From NCBI GenBank assembly GCA_964188305.1, contig OZ076885.1: a stretch of DNA of 64,000 bases. One strand, written 5' to 3'. Below, piece by piece: positions 1 to 12,703 of this stretch. Both the position numbers and the translations under genes were made by a program. Below the pieces are notes generated by a model. It did not search any database. It had not been told where the DNA came from and worked only from the letters and a program-made list of their open reading frames with translations. Numbering within the stretch: position 1 is the first letter of the stretch; every line of letters begins with the position of its first letter. This DNA is from Podarcis bocagei (Eukaryota).

Positions 1-164
1 GGTGGGAAGGAGGACATTCTGAATGCCTGAGAGTGTGGGGGTTGGGGTGGAAAAGACTTTTCAGGGCAGACTTTTCAGAAGCCAAGGGAGAAGGAGAAGG
101 ACTGCCTCAGCTGATAGCATCTGTGTGCTCTTATAGTACTCCTCATTTGGCAGGGAGAGGAACA

Positions 165-608
165 ATGGGGAACAATCAGATTCAGTTCCCATTTAAAACT
201 CCCCCTGCCCCGTCACACTTTGTGAAACAGAATGAAACACAACCATTGCTTCAATGTGGCACTTCTCTAAATATGGCAGTGCAATTCTCCAGCCAAGTAA
301 AATATGTACAAAAATGTGTACATATTAAGGTAAAGTGTGCATAAAAATGCACCTATTGGAGAAAATAGAAAGCAACAATTGCACTAAATTGGGGGAAATT
401 GCTTTGCAAACATGTGTATATTAGGCAAGACCACATAAAAAGTGTGTGTATTAGGATAAATTCTCACTGGAATGCTTAATGAATGTTCACGAGGACTTTT
501 TAAAGGGAAGAAATGGAAAACTGATGAGGAATTGTGGGGAACAGAATTTATGTTTGGGAAAATGACAAACTGAGAGAAACTAAAATTGACAGTGTCTCCC
601 ATCCCTGT
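165..608 (-). mobile_element. Old AT-rich non-autonomous DNA element (AGGGATG...CATCCCT-ended family)
   Basis: Ends CCCATCCCTG; degenerate internal AT-rich repeats; similar sequence at ~9830-12370, ~46460-46987 and ~48835-49258. Confidence 0.5.
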
Positions 609-930
609 GAAAGGCGCTGGAAACTAATTGCCTACAGCCTGCATGTAATTAGTATTTGTCAGGAGTGGCCTGCAGGGAAAGACTGCAACGCAGACCTGGT
701 CTCCTGGCAGTGGCATCTCTGCTGCATACAGGCATGGTGGAGAGGGTGGTGCAGTTTGGGCACACTGGTGGGACTGCTGGGATGAAACAAAAGAGAAACA
801 TTCATTCATAAAAACGAGGAAACCCCGACTAAGCACAGCTAAAGCAAAGGCTTCAATTTTAAGGAAGCAAATGCAAAATGAAGCCAATTCCTATCTGCCA
901 TGGCAAGCTTTTCATTCACTTTGAATTTAA

Positions 931-1112
931 AGGGATCATATGTAGCTCAGAAGGAGAGCACTAGCTTTGTGTGTAGAGGATGTTGGATCGAATCCCAGCC
1001 ATCTCCAGCTGAAAAGCTTCAGGTAGCAGGCTTTGAGGACCCAGAGAGCTACGGGCTGAGATAAACAATATTGGGATGAGGAGCCCAAAAGTCTGACTCA
1101 GCATAAGGCAGC

Positions 1113-1120
<8 letters not shown>
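931..1120 (+). mobile_element. tRNA-derived SINE, Squam2/Anolis-SINE2-like (decayed)
   Basis: A-box GTAGCTCAG, B-box-like GGATCGAATCCC, body CATCTCCAG...GAGAGCT, tail GTCTGACTCAGCATAAGGCAGCTTC shared with copies at 20653, 50298, 61583. Confidence 0.75.

Positions 1121-1172
<52 letters not shown>
1120..1172. repeat. (CT)n microsatellite
   Basis: Direct reading. Confidence 0.98.
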
Positions 1173-1173
<1 letters not shown>

Positions 1174-1449
1174 ACTCAACGTCTGAACTTTACATTTTAC
1201 AATATTTCCTCCATTGACGCCACTGACTTTAAACAAATGACATAAATTTGTATGTCTGTTAAGTGAATCCAAGTGAATATACAGTGTAAGGGCTAAGGTC
1301 TGTTTTGGATGCTGCTCAGGGCAATTAGCTGACAGAGGAAGAAAGACTGCTCCCACTTCTAAAGGGTTAAAGTATCTCCTTTTAAATTTAATAATTGTAC
1401 ATCCTGAAGGAGATCTCATTTCTTCAACTGCCAGTTCTTATGTAGCCAA

Positions 1450-1622
1450 CAGGGGTCCAACTTGACTAAAATATTGGGAGGGCCAGGCAAGCCTCACCCT
1501 ACATAATGGTGCTTGTGTACACCATTTGAATGCCAATGCCTATTAACTTTCCCCAGCCCTGGCCCCCCCAAATATTTTAGGGGGGGCAAAGACCTCTTAG
1601 TCCCTAGGAGTTGGCTCCTATG
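1450..1622 (+). mobile_element. hAT-type MITE
   Basis: Ends CAGGGGTCCAACT / AGTTGGCTCCTATG; homologous copies at ~17536-17645 (+, truncated) and ~28162-28308 (-). Confidence 0.6.
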
Positions 1623-3134
1623 GTAGCCAAAATGGCACCACCCATGCAGAAGTGTACCAGATATATCAGCATGGTCAGCGAAACCACAAGGTTTGCAGTA
1701 CAATGAGAACTGAACATGCTTAATGGGCATGGAATGCTGATTGGCTCTCTAGGGAAGGGATAGAAAACCAGGAGGGAGGGGAAATGGAATGGAATGAAAT
1801 GGCTGACGAGAAGCAGTCTGCAATGGAACATTTTGTTGCATGCCCCTCTTGCATTACCTGTCACGATTTGGGTGATTACTAGTATACCAAGCCATCTAAA
1901 CCATCACAGAAAGTTCAGTCACAGATGCTTCAAATGTGGAAATGAATTGCCAGTTTCACACCATATGTTTTTCTTCATCGCTTTCCAACACTGATCTGTT
2001 TCCATTGTGAAGATTGTTTCTAAGCTGGTGGTAATTTTTAAGGTGGCAAGTGGAAAGACCAAGAGGATACAAGATCTCCCATTCTTGTATTTGAAGCAGC
2101 AATCATCACTAGCAAATCACCAACAGACATCACATTTGCCAGTCTTCAAGCTAAGGCCTCTTTGTGTGAGTTCTTCAATGAAGTGTGCACCTGTTTAATC
2201 AGACGTGACACTTCATGCACCATTCCCAGACAATGCATACACTCATGGGGATTCAGAAGATGATTGCACCACACCTAGCAACAACAACAAGAGTTTACGC
2301 TCAGGTGGATAGGAAGATGTTGTGGCCAGGATATTACACAGTTTAATTTTTGTTGGAAGCATTCTGTTATTTGGATAGATTTTAATCCTTTTAATCCTGT
2401 TCTTTAGTGTTAGGACTAGATATGTGGTCAGCAGCTTGTATGCGACACCGAGAAAGTGATATGAGATGCAGCAGTTTTCGTTAACTTCAGAGGAGGAACA
2501 CTATAAAACTCTCAGAGTTTACAATCATTATAAGGGGAGAATGCCAGCCAGTAGGCGCCCATGTGCTGGGGGCATAATCAGCTTTCTGACACCGGCTTCA
2601 CTGCAGCTTACTTGGATGAGGCTGGACCAGGACTAGGGCTGTCACAAAGGATTGGTTTTCATGTTCTGTGTGTTGGGGTACCCTGGGAATCCTCAGAAGC
2701 TTATTAGAGATTTGAAATGAGGTTGTGGTTGTAAGTTGCCACCATCACCCTTCCCAGTTGCAGGGAGTATGGCGCTTGTGTTTTAGATCACTCAGCTCAC
2801 CTTGGGTGAGGCCCAGCAAATGCAGGCAGCTTCCCATGTGAACTGAAAATTAGCCTTGGAATCTGTAGCAGATTTGTAAGGGTGCCAGTTTTCAGTTGAT
2901 AAGTTGATGTAAATACAAATCATGGCAGGAAGCCCCATTCCAAAATGGACTTGGGAGCAGGTGTTTACAGTACCTCTTTAAGTGTGAAATTCTGTACTCT
3001 TGACCATTACTGGAGTGCATTTCTCCTGGGATTTGACCGATTTGTCTTTGGATAGATAGTGCCTGAAGAACTACCCTGTACCCTGAGAAATGGAAAGATA
3101 TATCTTGGATAACCAATAGAGTTTTGCTCGCCAC

Positions 3135-3296
3135 AGTGTTTTTTGTGCCACAAGCGGTTTAGTCATGCTGGCCACATGACCTGGAAAGCTGTCTGCAGAC
3201 AAACACCAGCTCTCTTGGCCTGAGAGCGGAGACGAGTGCCACACCCCAAAGTCGAATTTGACTGGACCTAACCATCTAGGGGTCCTTTACCTACCC
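3135..3296 (+). mobile_element. Sauria SINE (Squam1), 3' half
   Basis: GCTGGCCACATGACCTGGAAAGCTGTCTG...GGGGTCCTTTACC matches the full copies at 15475 and 27571. Confidence 0.85.
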
Positions 3297-3680
3297 AGTA
3301 AAAGTACCAGCTTTCATTAGAACCACACCAGGGAGCCATACCCAGAGAAGCAGCCTAAATATATAATTACTATCACAAGTTGTTTCTTTTGGACACTTGA
3401 AAATTTGGTCACTTCAGACTGCAAACGTATATATGGGAAAGTTTTCCTGAACACAATAGGATTTTCCTCTGCATAGATATGCATAGAATTGTGCTGTACA
3501 TCATTATTCTTATGAGGTTGCTAAAAGGGTGTGTGGATCCAATTATGGGCATGGGTCAGTCTTCCAGATATGTGTCACTGTGGTCAGGCCTTTGTTTGTC
3601 TTACTCCTCATTACCAATAACCATGTGCATCAGTACAGCAATTAAATATTTGCAAGCAGAAAATACAATATATTCAGAAA

Positions 3681-3724
3681 TACTACTACTACTACTACTA
3701 CTAGTAGTAGTAGTAGCATTAGTA
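3681..3724. repeat. Inverted trinucleotide microsatellite (TAC)7(TAG)5
   Basis: Direct reading; self-complementary about ACTAGT. Confidence 0.9.
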
Positions 3725-4523
3725 ATATTTTACCTTTTACTATTTTTAAAGCCTTTTTTTCTATGTAAGCTAAGACATCCTTTTCATTGCTAAGTCCTTG
3801 ATAAAATTGTCTTGAAGTTTTAAAGAGGTTTGGTCTCCTTGCCAAGTACCAAGATTCTAGTCTTGCACATGATTTTGTACAGTTCAAAACAAACACAATA
3901 CCTAACAACTCCTTTCTTCTTAATGAAAGTGAACTTTTTTTAAAAAAATGAGAAGGGAGAACAATTCTTCAAAAATTCCTAATTATCTTCCTTTAAATCC
4001 TTTTTAAATTAGAATCACAAGCCTTGTACAAATACAGTTTCGTCCCACAGCTTATCTGATGGATTAGCAACAAAATAACTATTCAGGAATGGGGGTGGGG
4101 TGGGGGTGACAATCATTATACCTGAATACTGAACATGATGCTTGTTGCTTAAACTGGGTTTTAATAAGTGTGCAATAGCACATGAAACCTCCTGTAGTAT
4201 TTACGTTATGCCACAGTCTTCTTTAATGCAAGGACATTCCAACAAAAAACCAACCTGAAAGGGGACATTGAAAGGCCTTCTGAAAATTCGTTCACGCGGC
4301 CACTGCCTTTAGGCTTCCACCACACAGTACAAAGTTACTCTGTGTCCTTCTCTTCTCTGGTTACTACAGAGCTATTTTCTGAGAACCGATTCATAACAAA
4401 GAATTTTCGTTTGAGAGAGCCCGGGCCTAGACTGACGCCATGGGCCTTTCCCCACCCCAAGAGCCTTTTGTTTAGTGCCAAAAGAATCGCTCCATTCATT
4501 ATCCCCACAGATGCTTGGCCCGG

Positions 4524-4711
4524 NNNNNNNNNNNNNNNNNNNNNNNNNNNNNNNNNNNNNNNNNNNNNNNNNNNNNNNNNNNNNNNNNNNNNNNNNNNNN
4601 NNNNNNNNNNNNNNNNNNNNNNNNNNNNNNNNNNNNNNNNNNNNNNNNNNNNNNNNNNNNNNNNNNNNNNNNNNNNNNNNNNNNNNNNNNNNNNNNNNNN
4701 NNNNNNNNNNN
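4524..4711. other. N-run, 188 nt
   Basis: Direct reading. Confidence 1.
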
Positions 4712-5013
4712 CCAGCACTAGATTAGTCACACTTTGAGGCAGGGCTTTGGAGAAGGGGTCAGAACAAAGCTACTGTACTCTGGTATTTCACAGTCAGAGG
4801 AACAGAAGCATAATAAATGGGCTCTGTAATTTAAATCAAGGAGCTGCTGCAGGAAACTGCTGCCTCTTTCACTTGAGGAATTAGCACACTGCACTGTGCT
4901 GCTTGACACCGCATCACATATAAGAAGGCTGGACAACTTTGCTCTTAAAATTGGAATGAATGCCGCGATTATGTTGGATGAGGCTCTTCTGAAATCGGCA
5001 GAAGAAAGGCTTC

Positions 5014-5145
5014 NNNNNNNNNNNNNNNNNNNNNNNNNNNNNNNNNNNNNNNNNNNNNNNNNNNNNNNNNNNNNNNNNNNNNNNNNNNNNNNNNNNNNNN
5101 NNNNNNNNNNNNNNNNNNNNNNNNNNNNNNNNNNNNNNNNNNNNN
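5014..5145. other. N-run, 132 nt
   Basis: Direct reading. Confidence 1.
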
Positions 5146-7549
5146 AAAAATTGGTTAAACATGGGTGAAATTTTAATTGGAAATGTTTCACGCTTAGGCA
5201 ACGCAGATAGATTTTGATAAATGTTACTACCCCACCCCACCCCGCTGCCCAATTGAAGATATCTACTTTAAATGACCCATAATTTAATGCTTCGACTTGT
5301 TCTAATCAAGCCTCATAAAATATACCATTTACAATCCTCTATAACCAAAGAAAATTGTTTGTAACAGCAGAAGACGGTACACTACCATATTTCGGAAGCA
5401 GAGAAAACATTTCCTTGGGCATAAAACAAGCACAACTGCAAAAACTAAAGGCAATATTTCCTTTGCAAGCCTGACATTAAGCAAAAGAAAAAGGCAAATT
5501 TACATAGAATCCTGAGATACAGAATCTGCCATAAAGAAAGACACTACATCAAAGGACTTCACAGTGACTTATTGTCCTAGCCACAAATGCCATTCCAACT
5601 TAGCTTCAGCTAAATGCCATTGTCCAAGATGTTACTCATGAACTATCTTATTGTGGAGGGTGGTTTTGTTTCTGTTCCCTTCCAGTTCCAGCTGGGTGGC
5701 TCAGAGAGGAGATTTCACTTGCTGGTAATGTCTGTTTCGTTCTAGCCATTTTATGAAGGTGATAGTTTGGTTAGCCAGTGGTCCATGAAAGAGAAGAAAA
5801 GAGAAAAGAAGAAAAGGAAGGGGTGGGGTGGGGTCAGGGGGAAGAGAGAGAACAAAAATCACTCAAGGTATAGCCAATGTTGCCACTTTCGGTTCGCTTT
5901 TCTGATCTATTCCGATCACCTTGACTCAGCAGAACTGTAGCCAAATAGAGGAAAGAAAATAAAGACATTGGCGAAAGCTTTGCTGAAGATCCCCAGTCCT
6001 GATGCTGATTATCGATCAGATGATTAAGGCAGATGAAGAGGTTTTTTGAAAGTGAAGGCTCTGATTGTGTCTCTCCAGTGTGCCCCAAAAGGGGCTGAGA
6101 AATCAATACTCTCAATCACAGTGGAAAGCATTTCTCTGTCAGTCACACTGACTGAAGTGATTAGAATTGAGTCATAAGACAATGAATAACTCCACACCAG
6201 CTTCCGTTCCCTCTTTTGCACCTCATAGGGAGTCTAATGAACTCTCCTCGCTAAGAGAGTGGGGCTTCCACTCCTAACATCCACAGAACAGGCAAATTAG
6301 CATTCCAAATAGCAGCACTATTTTGCTCCAGCAAGTACATATTTTATCCTAAGTTCATGGATGATACTGTGTAGAAAATTCAGAGTATGACATCCATACA
6401 CATTAAGGTAAGCATCGCTGGCGTACGGAGCTATTTTCCTATAGCACTAACAGCTTTAAATATTGCTGGTAACTTTCCTGATTGTTTAGTGTTGCACCAT
6501 GTCCACAGTATACATTTCATGGGTTTTCAAGCACTGAGAAAATTCATGGCTACACTTCCAAAATCAAAATGCAGACAAATACACACAGAGACGTAAAGCC
6601 ATATTAGAGAAACTGCTGCAAATGGGCTGCACAGCCTATATTGTTTGAGTAAATAGTAATTTATTTATGACTATTAACTGTTTAAATAAAAGCATTAGAA
6701 AAGTCACCTTAAGGCAGATATATTCATGTGTCTCGCTCACTTGAAGTATCGCCCCCTTAAGATAGAAGCTGGCAAAGCATCATTGGAATTATTAGGAAAT
6801 AATGCACATTTAATAATTAAGATTAATATTAATTAAGATTAAGATTGCTGTGCCAGGACCAAGATCTATCCCAAACTAAACGCTCTGAAATCCCATTGAT
6901 GTAAATGGGAAACATTTAAGGGTTCTTTCCTAATTGTATTCCACCCTTTTGTTGTTGCGCTTTCAACAATGCCTTTCAAACATGTTAATTTCAATCCCAC
7001 CCAACCCCAGAAATTAAATTCTGTGGCAGCTTGCTCTAAACCTGATCAGGTATTAGGTATGTATTATCTCAGACAGCTGATTCAGAACAGCAGAGGTCAC
7101 TTTCTCAAATGTTTCCTCCACAGAAAACACCTACCATGCACCTGGCTGCAATTACCTGTCCCTGGTAGTGTTTGCCACACCATTAGGCAAAGCGAGGTAG
7201 CTGCCTCAGGCAATGGATGCTGGGAGATGGGATTCAGTGGCAAGGTTTGGGAGCACTGAGCTAAGTGAGCCATACAGCCTTCCCTACATCCCTTAAGCCA
7301 GTCTGCTACCCCCTGGTATGGTGGAGGACACTGTCCCATCAAGAGAGCTGAAGCAAGGTTCAACTGCCAGTTTGGCTGGCTTCTGTACATGGAATGAGTT
7401 GAAGTGCCATCTTATTCCTTGACTCGGGCAACAAAAAGCCTTGGGCCAGCCCTGTCTGAAGGTATTAAAAGTGTTTGTTTACTCTTGATTCCTGGTAGTA
7501 ATCCACCCCATGTTGCTGATTACCACTTTCCCATCCACACCAAAATATG

Positions 7550-7805
7550 TGATGCTTTAATGAACAATGCTTCTCCACAAAAAAAAAATCAGTACGATTT
7601 CTACAGATTTAGGTTCACCATTGTACCTCTGCTGCGAATCAACTGGCGTGATATTGGATGTATTAAGAACCGTCTTAGTTTGTACTCACACAACTGTTCA
7701 AAAAGTGAACATTGTGATTGTTCAGATATGGTTTGTCTCATGCGATTCAACAAATACATCTCCAGTAGCTTGACAACAGGAAGTGGTTTAAGGATAATTG
7801 TGACA
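7550..7805. promoter_or_regulatory. Candidate enhancer/CNE with clustered SOX motifs
   Basis: AACAAT 7563, CATTGT 7619 and 7710, ATTGTT 7717, ETS-like CAGGAAGT 7777; unique TE-free sequence with retained CpGs. Confidence 0.4.
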
Positions 7806-7906
7806 CCCATGTTGATGGATTCCTCTTACAGCCCAAATAACAGAGTGTCCTGCCGCACCTCAGTGAGTAACAGATTTGTAGTGGCATGTGCTTTCATGGA
7901 GTAGAG

Positions 7907-8040
7907 CAGGGGTATCCAACATGATGCCCTCCATATGCTGTAGGATTCCAATTCCCATCATCCCTGGCCATTGCCCATGCTGGCTGGGACTCATGGCAGT
8001 TCTAATGAAGTAGGACTGGAGCCTGCTTCAATCGTTTCCC
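7907..8040 (+). mobile_element. Decayed hAT-Charlie-like MITE
   Basis: CAGGGG...CCCTCCATATGCTGTAGGATTCCAATTCCCATCATCCCTGG core similar to copies at 59303 and 61698. Confidence 0.55.
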
Positions 8041-9881
8041 AACAATAATGCAAGTGCTCACAGGCACTGGTAGAGTTCCAATGTGCAAACACTATAAGCA
8101 GGCCAATAATAACCAGGGTAGCTACATTTGCAAGAATGCATATGATCATCACTGTTAATGGGAAGAAAGTGAATTCATGCACAATTGCCACAGAAACAGT
8201 TTACAAAGCTGCTGTTCTTATGTGCTAAGACCCACAATGACATCCAGATAGTAACACAAACGGAGTAGATTTAATTGTACAGGAGTTTTGAAAGCATGTG
8301 AGGTAGATAAGTTAGCCTCAGTGTTACAGACAGAGAAGAATTAGAAAGCAGTGATGAAATGTGAGCAACTCACATTGCAGTTCTTTTCAGTGGCGTTGGT
8401 CCACACATTTGGCCAGTGATTCAAATGAAAAATGAAGTGACATGGATGTAGATGTATGTACCAAACCATCTACTCTTTTTGAAAGCAACCTCCAGTGCCT
8501 CCCTTTATCTTTCACCAAACGTTCCTTCTATACCCCACGTGAGCCTGAGGAGGCACAGACAGCAAATCCCCTTGTGCTCTGAGCTCAGTGAAGCTAAAAG
8601 GTTTACTCCAGAGTAAATGACTTGAGGATCATGGCCTTATTCAATTAGTATTGGTAGTGTGCTGTGGAGTTCTTCAGAAGTAAACACTCATTAGCTGTTA
8701 TAAAGTAGTGTAAAGCCAATCTAGTTCATTATCCCTGAGACCAGTCAGCGTCATAATGAGAGAAGTGTAAAGAGCAGAGCAAAAATTAGTATGTTTAAGT
8801 GTGAGACTTCTTGAGGAGGTCCTATTGCCTTTAATTAAATTGGCTCCAAAATCACTATGATTTCAATTATGAAGAATTCTAATTCCCACCACCACCACCA
8901 GACGACATATCATTCAGGTTTTCCCTAAGCCCCAGAAGTTCTAATTACTTGCATACAAGGAAATAGTTATTTCAGATTTCAGGCTTCCCCCGCCTTCCTT
9001 TAGAGAGCAAGAGGGAGCAACAAGAGATCTGTCAAACTTCCTGAAAGTTTATTTTTTGTAGTTTCAATGAGAGATGTCGATGTCAAATAGGTGGCTCTGC
9101 ATCCGCTGGGTTGAGAAATGCCCCCTGGACCTACATGTTGCAATTTCTTAATAATCATAACAACCTGAGAGCAGCTAAACGCTGTCTCGAAAACATACAA
9201 ATGTCAACAGTGCAGTGACACTCTCAAGTGGACCAATGGAGCCACTTCAGTTGATTCCCTTCTTAAGGAATCTTTATGCCTCCAGCTATTCATCTGGCCT
9301 CTCTATAAGCAAGGCTGTGATAAAAACTGAATTGTATTTAAGAAGGGCTCCCTTACATTCGCTGTTAAGGGTATGCACTAACTTGCCTCATCTTTCCAGA
9401 AGCTTTTTAAATACACTGTCTTTTGAAAAGGGTATCGAAAGCAGACAACATAGAAATGCTATAGTAGAAAGTCTCATCACTCTTTAAAAACAAGAGCTTT
9501 TTATTTTTGCAGAGTATGTTATAAAAACCTCATTCTCCCCCTCACACAATAAATTAACAATATAAATACAATGGCTGGGATTCAAATCAGTACACATGGG
9601 TGTGCTGCTCACACACAGCAGCCTTTTGAGCTCCATGTGGCAGCCCTCTGCACCCCCTCTGGGTATCACATTCAGAGCCAGTTCACACGATGCACAAAAG
9701 CTTCTCCTTTCTCTGTGGCTGTGAAGTCAGGCTTGTGACTTTCACTTTAAGGGAGCTTCTGATTCTTCCTTTCCCGTTGTAACGCAGTGCTTTTCGAATT
9801 TGGAGCTGAATTCTACCAGTGGCCGAATAGGAAGGAATGTGAATGCAGATTGTTATATAGAATTTTACCTAATATACAACA

Positions 9882-11973
9882 TTTGTTTTGTTTTTTTAAT
9901 ATGATATTTATTGGAAAATTTTGAAATTACAAAAAAAACAGAGCAGAAAAAGAAAATAGAAAAAACAAAGAAAAAACAAACCACCTCAAACAATACAAAT
10001 TCAAAAAACAAAAATACACCGCAAACAAACAAAAAATAAATCCATCATTCTCAAATCCTCAACTCTCATTACCTTCTTTCTTTGACCTCCTCCTCCTCCC
10101 TTTTTTTGTGTCCTGGTTAGTAATTGTGCAGCAAATCCTTTCCATATTTCAAAGTATTCTGTCATTACGTTACCTTAATCTATTTTCATCTTATCTTATA
10201 GAGAACCTTAAAAACTTAAAACTTAAATCTTATTTTTACTGACTTCTCACAACCATAATATTCTTACCTAATTCTTTAAACCTTTTTACTAGAGCCAAAT
10301 AATTTCGTTCCAACATTTTGCTAACATTCATCAATTTTATAAAACAATCCTGATAATAAAAAGAGAAATAAAAACAATCCAATCTTCGTCCAGCGTCCCT
10401 TCCTCCTGGTCCCGGGTTTTGTCAGTCCTTTTTATCCCATCGATCTGGCGCATTAACCTGGCAACCTTATATCCGAGGCCCTTAAATCTCTTCCATGTCC
10501 CTTCCGCAGCTCTTCTTCATATTCTCCTTTCATTCGTGGGAACTCCAGCTTGGTGATGTTTTTGACCCTTTTCAACAAATCAGCCCCTTTTCCATAGTCC
10601 AAACTCAACTCCATGTGGTATTTAAGAAGATGTTTCAGAATCCCTCCGAAATTGAAAGCCCCCACAGCTCCAAACATCTCACGGCCCATTGCCAGACTCG
10701 GAAAGTCCAAACATCCTTGCATGGGGGGGGGTCTATCCAACCCCCCATTTCCAGACCAGTCCAAACTTTACCTTTCCAAATCTGGCTTTTTCCAAGTTCA
10801 TTTGTCAAATCCAAAAGCTCTTGTTCCTGCAAGGCCGCAGCTCCCTCCATCTCTGGCACCCAAGATTCAGCAACATCCTCTTCTCTCATTTGCTCTGTCA
10901 GGACACACTCCTGATCTAATTCCTGGGTGGGCTCCACTGCCTGTTCAAAAATTCTGGCCGCATTAGTCATCAAATCCATCTTCTCACTTAACTGTTCCAG
11001 TAGGGCACTTGTTTTACAGAGAGCACACAACAGAGCCTCTGAATACATTGTCCTACAAGGTCACAAGTCCATTCCCACGATTGTAATCTGAGACAGCTGC
11101 AAGCTCCCTGGAATTAGTTACAGTTTCACAGTCTCCCTCTAGGGGGAGAACTTCTATTTGTTCTTGCAACAAAGTATCTTTTTTGAGATATTTTGTCAAT
11201 ATTTGTTCCTTTAAAGTGCGAAAGGAAACAATGGGATCACTATGTTTCTCTTCCTTTAACTATCTGTCAAAAACGTTTGTCTCTGGTCAATGAGCTTCAA
11301 AACGTCAGTCCTGACACCCCGCTCCAGGATCAGGACGGTGGAAAGTTACTTTACTTTAAACTCACTTCAGCAGGTTTAAACAGTCCAAAAAAGATCCCCC
11401 TTCTTCTCCTGCTACCGAAGGGGGGTTCAACAATTTTAAATGATGAAAGCCAATCCTTTAGAAGCGATTTTCTGAGCTCTAGTTTACGTTGTCTTTGCTT
11501 TACTCTGTCTACAAAGAAACGGAAGGCTGACTTCCTGTTTAGACCTTCCCATTTCAGTACCAAATTAAAATAAATTTTTAAGTCCAATTCCTTTCTTCTC
11601 GCAAGTCCTTATTTAAAGTCCGATTGTTCAAAGTTTAAGTACTCACGGGTGCTTATTTTAGAAGCCAAATTGTCCCAGGAAAAAGGCAGCGCTCTCCGGC
11701 AATGGCTGTGCGGCTTCGCTCCATGGAAATAGCAGTTGACTCACAGCACCGCGCCACTTCCCCCTCTTCACTTCGGAGCCCGTTAGTGGGTTCCTTTGCG
11801 GGTTGGGGGGCGCTAAGGGTGCCCACCGAGTCCCATGGTCACAGGCTTCATCCACCTGTGATTTTTAGCTGGGTCCCCGCTTCGCCGTAGCGGAAAAGAC
11901 CCGTTTCACGCAGAGCTAGTCCCTCCAGTTCAGAGGGAATCCGCCATTGCCGATGGCACCACCCCGGAAGTCC
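9882..11973 (-). mobile_element. Internally deleted L1-derived retroelement with both ends (~2.1 kb; no RT/EN)
   Basis: Minus-strand 5' end GGACTTCCGG...ATGGCGG; E/L/Q-rich ORF 10635-11048; ORF2 C-terminal remnant (DKTRDQEEGTLDEDW) and 3'UTR motif CAGCAAATCCT homologous to the L1 at 24572; AATAAA plus A-rich tail at 9882-9912. Confidence 0.8.
10635..11048 (-). pseudogene. Possible ORF1-like (coiled-coil) remnant of the L1-derived element
   Basis: 137-aa ORF, E/Q/L-rich (LLEQLSEKMDLMTN), downstream of the L1-like 5'UTR. Confidence 0.4.
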
Positions 11974-12086
11974 TAATGTTTTCCCTAATGTTTGTGTTTT
12001 ACCCAATATAATGTATTTTGTATGTTCACATATATTCACTAATACATACATTTTTATGGCCACTTTACTTTAGCATATGTATTTTG

Positions 12087-12210
12087 AGTGCTATTTTTTT
12101 CTTGAAAAAAGAAGTGCCAGGACTCACCATGAACCTCATTCTGTTAGAATGGCAATGGCGCCCACCTCAGAGGTGCTGGAAGTGAGTTCCCCTTGGGGGG
12201 AAAAGGCCTG
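12087..12210. mobile_element. Short hAT-type MITE nested in an older DNA element
   Basis: AGTGCTATTTTTTTTC...GAAGTGCCAGGACTCACC...GAGTTCC...GAAAAGGCCTG, imperfect inverted ends. Confidence 0.45.
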
Positions 12211-12703
12211 TATATTTCTGTACAGATTACTTGACTGGAGAAATGCATTGTAAAATTCAGAGAAGTTCGAATTTCAAATAATGGCTGTGTTCCGGTTCAC
12301 ATATTGTTTAAGAGAAACAGAAGTACAAAGATTCACCTTTAAATACAATGTGAACCACATTTATCCCCATGGAGAGGTGGGCACAGTTTGGGTAAACCAT
12401 GCCATGGGTCAAGTGGGGAGGCCAGGGAGGCTTAATTAGACCAGTGGGTTGGAGATTTCCCCTTGCTGAGAATACAAATTTAAATAATAATAATGATTTT
12501 CATTGAGCTGGTCAATATGACTCCAAGATTCATTTCCTGGTCAGCCACTGCCTTCGAACCCATTAAGTGTTTGTATGATGGACCACAAAGGGTATTGGGT
12601 GTGGTTCTAATTCTTGGGCACATTTACAATTCTCCTGTGACCAACAGGCAAACAATGGGATCTTCTGCAATAAATTGCTTCAGGAAAGGCTTCATTGTCA
12701 GGA

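Noticed and set aside
2190-2900. Possible LTR/DIRS relic
   Set aside because: No matching termini plus TSD, and no protein motif found.
4335-5252. ORFs spanning the first two N-runs, including the zinc-finger-sounding KPFFCRFQKSLIQHNRGIH
   Set aside because: ORF lengths are inflated by Ns; C2H2 spacing is incomplete; no recognisable protein.
7404-7904. 166-aa ORF
   Set aside because: No recognisable domain, non-ATG start, no clear exon boundaries; better explained as non-coding.
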